A DNA stretch of 64,000 nt, taken from the NCBI GenBank assembly GCA_963715865.1, contig OY970280.1, forward strand, positions 448,001 through 512,000, written 5' to 3'. Origin of the DNA: Candidatus Bathyarchaeota archaeon (GTDB taxonomy: Archaea > Thermoproteota > Bathyarchaeia > Bathyarchaeales > Bathycorpusculaceae). Below the pieces are notes generated by a model. The model ran no database searches. It was not told where the DNA came from and saw only the letters and a program-made list of their open reading frames with translations. Below are positions 58,111 through 64,000 of the stretch, one piece after another; the stretch's first letter is position 1, and the number at the start of each line of letters is the position of its first letter. Made by a program: the position numbers and the translations under genes.

Positions 58111-58680
58111 CTAAAGATTCAGGACTCTTACCTTGTAGCCTTCAGCCTTGAGTTTCTCAAAGAAGCACTGCTGTTCCGCCTCATCCTTGCATTCTATAAT
58201 GAGCTCGTAGCTGCCAGGTATGATGCTTGAGCCTTCATGTTCACCACCAAGGTCTTCGGGAAGCTTCTCGCCAACAGACTCTAACAAGGCTTTGAGACAG
58301 TCTTTTTCGCCAGCCTCTATAATGCGCATGTACTCAGCGCCGTCAAGCTCCTTGTTATGCTTGCCCTTGAGCTTGTTCAGAATTTGCCGAAGCATCCTTC
58401 TGTCGACGTCAGAAACAGGCAGCCGAAGAACTGGAGCAAAAAACTCGCCATGCCCCTTGCAGACTTCCGCCCGTTGCTCGCCATCAGCAAAAACGCCATC
58501 CTTGTTAGTTATGATAGGGTAAGTCCAGCCGTACTTCTGAAGGCTAAGCCAAACCTGATCCTTCTGCTTTATCGTCATCTTATTAGGGTTATTTTCGTCG
58601 CTTCTTAAAAGCCGAAGATCTTCAATGAGGGACAGATAAGCGTCAGGAACCTTAATTGTTGTTTTCTTTTCAGCCAACAT
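58111..58680 (-). CDS. ParB/Srx-domain protein (viral type)
   Basis: NNPN, YGWTYPII, DGEQR motifs. Confidence 0.75.
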   Translation of the reverse strand: MLAEKKTTIKVPDAYLSLIEDLRLLRSDENNPNKMTIKQKDQVWLSLQKYGWTYPIITNKDGVFADGEQRAEVCKGHGEFFAPVLRLPVSDVDRRMLRQILNKLKGKHNKELDGAEYMRIIEAGEKDCLKALLESVGEKLPEDLGGEHEGSSIIPGSYELIIECKDEAEQQCFFEKLKAEGYKVRVLNL

Positions 58681-58917
58681 GACACCCTACCGTTATCTTC
58701 TTTGTTGTTCTTCTCTGGTCTTGAAAACTTTTTCAAGCAAGTCTTTTTGCGGTATTCTGATTTCAATCGTGTTGTTACACATTTTTTTATCATCGCAAAA
58801 TATATATTAGCACCTTGCTGTTATATATCTTTAAGATACATAGCTAAATGATGCGGTATATATCTGAAAGCGCCGAATAGCTGTATATCGTAAAAAACTT
58901 GCAAGAGGGGACTATAG

Positions 58918-59727
58918 ATGCCAAAAAGAATAACAAATCCACTGAGAGCAGGATTGCCTTCAAAAATCTACTATTTAGCGTACAGTGGCCCTATAACTGG
59001 TTATGAAATAGCACAAAGGATTTACGGAATAAAACCTCCAGCCATTCCGCCAACAGCTAAAACTTACGAATGGATCAAGAAGCTAAAAGATCAAAGAATA
59101 CTTTCAGAAACAGAACATGGATGTATGTCCAATGTTGAGCCATTGCTGAATGAAATTGAATTGACTCTTAAAAAGAAAGATAGCTCTGATTTTTCAAACT
59201 TTGAAAAGCATATGACGGGAAAGATTCTAGGCTGTAGGGAGTTTAGGGCTTTTATAGGTAGATTTAATCTCGAAAGTTTCTCGCAAGATCAAGATTTTGA
59301 TGCTGCGTTCAGAATGATGGATCTTCTAAGCTTTCAAGCTATCCGCATCTTTTCATCAGGTGTCTCTAAATACGAGGCTAAGACTCAAAAAGAATTTGAT
59401 AAATTGTTTGATGCGGCTATTACGTTGATTCATAATCCCGAATTTCAAAAGGAGTTACAAGAAGTAAACTTACTTAAAGATATAAAGGATCCCAAGCAAT
59501 TAAGCGAAACAAAGAAGCTAATAAGTAAAATGAAAAATTACCCTTTATTTGACATCGACAACTTAGGCATCTTCCTAGCAGTTCCCAACCGAACCCTAAA
59601 AAAACTGTGCAAACTCAACAAATATTACGAAATGATAGAATCCTTAAGCAGTAACCCGCTATATTTTAAGACATTCCAAGCATTTGCTCAAAAACTATAC
59701 ATCCAAAGACGAGAAAAGACTGACTGA
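58918..59727 (+). CDS. Hypothetical protein with possible N-terminal winged helix
   Basis: 269 aa; PITGYEIAQRIY resembles a wHTH; divergent from the parB-ter operon. Confidence 0.6.
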   Translation: MPKRITNPLRAGLPSKIYYLAYSGPITGYEIAQRIYGIKPPAIPPTAKTYEWIKKLKDQRILSETEHGCMSNVEPLLNEIELTLKKKDSSDFSNFEKHMTGKILGCREFRAFIGRFNLESFSQDQDFDAAFRMMDLLSFQAIRIFSSGVSKYEAKTQKEFDKLFDAAITLIHNPEFQKELQEVNLLKDIKDPKQLSETKKLISKMKNYPLFDIDNLGIFLAVPNRTLKKLCKLNKYYEMIESLSSNPLYFKTFQAFAQKLYIQRREKTD

Positions 59728-59754
59728 TTTTCTATCTCTATAGCAATGATTTAG
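59497..59754 (+). repeat. Left copy of a ~255 bp direct repeat (3' end of gene 58918-59727)
   Basis: Aligns with 60350-60603. Confidence 0.88.
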
Positions 59755-59774
59755 TCGATTCTCTTCAATCAGAG

Positions 59775-60035
59775 CTATTTCATTTTGTAGACGTTTTTAC
59801 GATGACCAACTGCCAAGAGGATAATTTTCCCGCCTTCGATTCGGTATAGGACGCGGTACTTTCCAACTCTTGTTGAAAATACGCCTTTGAATTCTCCATG
59901 CAACGGTTTATCTACTTTAGGGTTGTTTTCCCATGAATAGACTTCTTTGATTATTTGAACCTGAGCTTTCTGGTCAAGAGTTCTGATTTGTTTCGAAAAA
60001 CGATGAGTCAGCTCAACTGTGAACTTGTGTTTCAA
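59775..60035 (-). CDS. relE: RelE/ParE-family toxin
   Basis: KPLHGEFKGVFSTRVGKYRVLY..VGHRKNVY. Confidence 0.88.
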   Translation of the reverse strand: MKHKFTVELTHRFSKQIRTLDQKAQVQIIKEVYSWENNPKVDKPLHGEFKGVFSTRVGKYRVLYRIEGGKIILLAVGHRKNVYKMK

Positions 60036-60219
60036 GGTGCAAATCCCGCACTAGCTCATCTAGCGTCATGGTTTTTCCCTGTTTAGCTTCGCGCAAAGAA
60101 GCCCGTAGGTCTTTTACCAATTTCTTGTCCTGCATGACTTCAAGCGTCTCGAGCAGTTCTTCCATCAGGCTTGCTGCTTTCGTGAGCAGTTCTTTTTCGT
60201 CGGTTGTTAAGAGAGCCAT
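60013..60219 (-). CDS. Cognate antitoxin
   Basis: ELLETLEVMQDKKLVKDLRASLREAKQGK; overlaps the toxin. Confidence 0.8.
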   Translation of the reverse strand: MALLTTDEKELLTKAASLMEELLETLEVMQDKKLVKDLRASLREAKQGKTMTLDELVRDLHLETQVHS

Positions 60220-60349
60220 AATTGTATGCGCCGTTGTTTAAGATATGAGCGATGGGGTTCTTATCTTTTGCTTTCCGGTAGGGAAAAATTGGGGAGAGCT
60301 TTAAAACTAAGCCTGAACGCTCGCATTGTCTGCTTCTTTGAATAAAACC

Positions 60350-60603
60350 AAAATTAAGAAAAAAGAAGCTAATAAGTGAAATGAGAAATGACCCTTTACT
60401 TTTCATCGGAAACTTGGGCATCTTCCTCGCAGTTCCCACCGAACCCTAAAAAAACTGCAAACTCAGCAAATATTACGAGTTTATAGCATACTTAATCGAT
60501 AGATCGCTAGATTTTTTTACATTCCAAGCATTCGCTCGAAAAACTATACACCCAAAGAGGAGAAAAGACTGACCGATTTTCTATCTCTAAAGCAATGATT
60601 TAG
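60350..60603 (+). repeat. Right, degenerate copy of the ~255 bp direct repeat
   Basis: e.g. GGCATCTTCCTCGCAGTTCCCA-CCGAACCCTAAAAAAACTG and GAGAAAAGACTGACCGATTTTCTATCTCTA. Confidence 0.88.
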
Positions 60604-60660
60604 ACGCCGTTGCTTTAACTATTGAAAAAACTTCGACCCCTCGTTTATAAGGGAATGAAG

Positions 60661-60726
60661 AAACCGAATGTGAGTTTTGAGGAAGGGCTAAAGAGAACGG
60701 TAACGTGGTTTTCACAAAAAAGCTAA
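60661..60726 (+). repeat. Copy R5 of the uxs 3' end
   Basis: KPNVSFEEGLKRTVTWFSQKS*. Confidence 0.92.
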
Positions 60727-60736
60727 AGGAAACACA

Positions 60737-60900
60737 AAGATAATCAATAACTATTTCAATCATAACTCGTTTCGGGAAGAATTAGGGGAGAAAAAAGCAA
60801 AGGTGATAACCAGCGTCGCTATGTTCTACGATCTTGAAGATCCCAACTCGTTTGTAAAAGACATAAAAAAATGCCTTGACCCTAATGGCTTATGGATAAC
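60737..60900 (+). pseudogene. Internal fragment of an NDP-sugar C-methyltransferase
   Basis: IINNYFNHNSFREELGEKKAKVITSVAMFYDLEDPNSFVKDIKKCLDPNGLWI. Confidence 0.7.
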
Positions 60901-60906
60901 TGCCCC

Positions 60907-61395
60907 ATGCGAACTTTGAAGCAGATAAGGGATAGGCTGTTCCAACCCTTGCATTTTCTGTTGGATAACCTTACAAGACCTATTTTTAGAAATTACTTCT
61001 TAAAACATTATCACGTTCATGGAGATCCAGCTAGGTTAAAAATTGCGAGAACGGCCGTTGTCAATAATGCAACCTTTAACTTATCGTCCGGAACCATCTC
61101 TATAGAGGATTATGTTTTTTTCGGTTCTAATGTGAGCGTAATTACTGGAACTCATGACATGAACAAACTGGGACTAGAAAGGCTGTCTGTTTTTCCTAGT
61201 TCTGGGAGAGACATAACTATAAAGAAGGGCGCTTGGATAGGAAGCAATGTCACCATCTTGGGGCCATGCACAATAGGAGAGAACGCCGTAGTTGGAGCCT
61301 GCTGTCTAATACGTCATGATGTACCGGCAAATACATTATGCTATACAGATAATAAAGTCATTTTGAAGCCTCTAAGCTTGCCACATTCGAATTAG
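60907..61395 (+). CDS. Hexapeptide-repeat (left-handed beta-helix) O-acetyltransferase
   Basis: ITIKKGAWIGSNVTILGPCTIGENAVVGA. Confidence 0.88.
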   Translation: MRTLKQIRDRLFQPLHFLLDNLTRPIFRNYFLKHYHVHGDPARLKIARTAVVNNATFNLSSGTISIEDYVFFGSNVSVITGTHDMNKLGLERLSVFPSSGRDITIKKGAWIGSNVTILGPCTIGENAVVGACCLIRHDVPANTLCYTDNKVILKPLSLPHSN

Positions 61396-61804
61396 CGCAC
61401 GCGCTACCACAAGCCGCCCTAAGCAGCGGGCTAACTGATACTCCTGCACGATATGAAAGTTTTAGAATTCTTAGAGTTTTATGTATGGAGCGCGCTGCCT
61501 TGTCCCTTTATTATGTGATGTGGAACTGATATTATACTTTTTCTAATGTAATTGATATATGGAAATTGTATCAAATGAAAAATAGGATAAAAACTTAAAG
61601 GAAACTTAGAGTTATTTCAATAAAGATTTACTGTGTACATCTTAACCCTTGAATGTACTCGGTAAAACTTTCTCAATGTTGAAATTCCATGTTTCCAGCC
61701 ATTATAAGAAATATAAAATATGGAGACCTACGACAACACAAGAATACGATGAGAAGCTAAAGAGAAAAGAGTGATGCGTCTTCTCAGCGCGAACAAAGGT
61801 CACA

Positions 61805-62491
61805 TTATACTTTTACGATTAAGCACTGGTTTCCAGATATAGAAATGATGGGTTCTGGTTTATCTTTGAAAAACTCGTGAAATGCCGTCCTAACGTCGTG
61901 TGCAAAGAAGTAATCATGTGAAATAATTATGCCACCTCGGCTCATACGTGGATAGAAGAATTTCAGACATTCCGAAGTACTCTTGTAAATGTCTACGTCT
62001 AGATGCACAAATGAAAATTTCTTATCTTTAACTGGGGTTGCGGTAGCTGGGAATAGTCCTTTATAGAAATACACGTTTTGGCATTCTCTAAGGCTATGTT
62101 TGACTTCTTCAAGCGGAGCAGCAAATTCCCCCTTGAAATATTGGTTATCAATTTCTTCAGCTTCAGGCAGCCCTTCATAAGTATCGAAAAGATGCAAAAC
62201 CTTATCGCCCTTTACTTTGCATATAAGTAAAGCTGAGCCACCTTTAAACACACCTACTTCAGCAATATCGCCTTCAATCTTTGAGGTATTTTGAACAGAC
62301 GTAACGATTTGGTATGCTTCATATGTTGCAAGCAGCATTACAGACTCTTTCTTACATTGACGAATTAAATTAACAATTTTGCTTCTTTCCGCGTCTCTTA
62401 GAGAGATGACAACCAAGTTTTGTCTTTCCATTTCATTAAACAAAAAGTTGACCAAGGTCCATTTTATTTTGTTTGCTGGGTTCATACGCAT
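61805..62491 (-). CDS. TylF/MycF-family O-methyltransferase
   Basis: GDIAEVGVFKGG, FDTYEG, KGLF, HLDVDIY, HDY motifs. Confidence 0.88.
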   Translation of the reverse strand: MRMNPANKIKWTLVNFLFNEMERQNLVVISLRDAERSKIVNLIRQCKKESVMLLATYEAYQIVTSVQNTSKIEGDIAEVGVFKGGSALLICKVKGDKVLHLFDTYEGLPEAEEIDNQYFKGEFAAPLEEVKHSLRECQNVYFYKGLFPATATPVKDKKFSFVHLDVDIYKSTSECLKFFYPRMSRGGIIISHDYFFAHDVRTAFHEFFKDKPEPIISISGNQCLIVKV

Positions 62492-62608
62492 ACAGTTATG
62501 TTAAGGAAGCTACTAAGCAGTTAATATATTGATAGCACGCTTGAACGATTACACGGCACAATCAGGCAGAGAAACAAAAATCATGCGAGGTTTAGACTGT
62601 TTTGAGTG

Positions 62609-62656
62609 TGAGAAGTCCCTGAAAAGCCTCTGAGAAGTATTTGAGAAGTCTCTGAA
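62609..62656 (+). repeat. 11-bp tandem repeat, four units
   Basis: TGAGAAGTCCC TGAAAAGCCTC TGAGAAGTATT TGAGAAGTCTC. Confidence 0.7.
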
Positions 62657-62690
62657 TGCTTGTTTTTTCGTTGTTAGAACCTATTTTTGA

Positions 62691-62812
62691 GTGCTGCACG
62701 CTACCTCTCTTTTGATTGCAGATTCAACGCCGCTGGTGGACCTCTACGATATGGAAGCAGGATGGGGTTACATGAGTAGAGGAAAGTTTAGAGGCTTTAA
62801 GCTTCACGCTGG
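62691..62812 (+). mobile_element. DDE transposase remnant (IS4/IS5-like)
   Basis: IADSTPL..D.EAGWGY...GFKLHA resembles the first DDE aspartate region. Confidence 0.6.
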
Positions 62813-63137
62813 TCAGGTGGCAGTTCAAGATGGACGCGGAACAAGCTCTAAAAGTCGCCGTGGACGCTGTCAACGTGTGGAGCAGCGGACAAACCTCTAC
62901 GCAAAAATGGGCAAAACTCACGCAGTATGATGTCAAGAAGCAACAAAAACAATCACAGGAGTACCAGTAATCGGTTCATTGCCAGTCAACAAGGAAATCG
63001 AGTTGCCAGAAGAGGCATCTGGGTCTTATCCCGACAGAAGAAAAAGAAACCTTAAATTCGTCCTTTCACCAATTGAGGATTTAGGACGCACTATCGTTCC
63101 ACTGTTGAGTCATAAAAATTCGTAAGGTCCTTTATGA

Positions 63138-63980
63138 GTGATATCGATAATTTCGGTAATAAATAATGAGCAACGTGCTAAAGAATACCTACTTCGAGCA
63201 CTCAACCGTCAAAATGCTAAATACCAGAGTTTGTTGATTGACAATACATCGGGTGTCTACAAAAATGCTGCCCAAGCTTATAATTATGCTGGCTCCAAAG
63301 CCAACGGTGATTATCTTGTATTCGTGCATCAGGACGTGTTTTTTCCTTTCAGAGAATGGCTAAAAGAAATTGAAGATTATCTCTCAACCCTATCAGATGT
63401 TGGTGTTGCAGGATTAGCTGGTATGGTGAAACCACGTTTCTTAAATGAATTTGAATTGTTTTCACGCTATTTTTTGCTTAACAAAATCGGAAATTACCGC
63501 TTATGGTTCTCTTTATATGGTCGAGGAAACTTGCTTCAAGAGATAGATGGTCAACCAGGTCCAGGTAGAATAATATCTGAACCCGTTCCAGTTCAAACGG
63601 TTGATGAACTAATGTTGATAGTTCCGGCCAAAGTTTTTGAGACCAACAAGTTTGATGAGAAAGTATGCGATAACTGGCACCTTTATGGCGTTGATTTTTC
63701 ATTGACTGTATCCAAGAAAGGCTTGAAAACCTATGTTCTGCCATCCTCAGCTATTCATCATTCAGGAGGTAAAATCGATAGTTTTTATGTCCAAACTCTT
63801 AAAAAACTAATCGAGAAACATGAAATGGAAAAGATAATAAATACTACGTGCGGATTAATTCCTACTAAAAAAGAGTTCATGGACTTCTTTTGGGAACGTT
63901 ACCCTTACCTTGTTCCCAACATGGCTAAAAATGGTCATAAGTTCGTTTTTACTTGTTTAAGCCTGTTATGGACTTTTTGA
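63138..63980 (+). CDS. Glycosyltransferase family 2-like protein
   Basis: AYNYAGSKANGDYLVFVHQDV, VQTVDE, WHLYGVD motifs. Confidence 0.85.
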   Translation: MISIISVINNEQRAKEYLLRALNRQNAKYQSLLIDNTSGVYKNAAQAYNYAGSKANGDYLVFVHQDVFFPFREWLKEIEDYLSTLSDVGVAGLAGMVKPRFLNEFELFSRYFLLNKIGNYRLWFSLYGRGNLLQEIDGQPGPGRIISEPVPVQTVDELMLIVPAKVFETNKFDEKVCDNWHLYGVDFSLTVSKKGLKTYVLPSSAIHHSGGKIDSFYVQTLKKLIEKHEMEKIINTTCGLIPTKKEFMDFFWERYPYLVPNMAKNGHKFVFTCLSLLWTF

Positions 63981-64000
63981 CGAACCCTTTTAGCCTGCGC

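Noticed and set aside
51620-60726. Classical integron
   Set aside because: No intI-like integrase adjacent and no attC-like inverted symmetry visible in the repeats.
60903-60914. CCCCATGCGAAC shared with the FkbM start region (~680-691, minus)
   Set aside because: A 12-bp match can arise by chance in 64 kb, and there is no flanking similarity.
1623-63744. Many 60-150 aa tracked ORFs overlapping real genes (e.g. 2474-2767, 6058-6384, 15107-15457, 22700-23149, 43360-43698, 55883-56266)
   Set aside because: Antisense or alternate-frame shadows of well-supported genes with no motifs.
1-64000. CRISPR array
   Set aside because: No regularly spaced identical repeats with unique spacers. The uxs-end repeats are coding-derived, variable in length and 0.8-5.7 kb apart.

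Overview
Archaeal chromosome segment; the gene content and order suggest Bathyarchaeia (inference). From start to end: (1) 1.2-14.6 kb holds three adjacent cytoplasmic [NiFe]-hydrogenase systems: HdrCB-MvhGA (group 3c), HoxEFUYH (group 3d-like) and a divergent group 3b sulfhydrogenase with fused beta-gamma subunits. (2) 14.7-28.5 kb is an aryl-acid/aryl-pyruvate cluster: ACD-GNAT fusion, ACT protein, LysW, Liv-type ABC transporter, PaaK, IorAB and PaaI. Its IorA carries an in-frame inserted ferredoxin. (3) tRNA-Cys is followed by a decayed tyrosine integrase and two further copies of the tRNA 3' end. (4) 33-38.6 kb is the conserved ftsY-rps19e-rnp4 translation cluster with an inserted vapBC. 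(5) 38.6-64 kb is a surface-glycan locus (rml, flippase, ugd, galU, uxs, methyl-/acetyl-/glycosyltransferases), interrupted by an island of microproteins that includes a canonical C2H2 zinc finger. The most striking structure is at 51.6-60.7 kb. The 3' end of the UDP-glucuronate decarboxylase gene recurs five times in direct orientation, and each interval carries different cargo: three separate vapBC modules, then a viral ParB/ABC-GNAT/terminase module with a relBE pair that is itself bracketed by a duplicated gene 3' end. Several single-base indels in otherwise intact genes point to sequencing or assembly errors. No CRISPR array or rRNA gene was seen. All alignments were done by eye.
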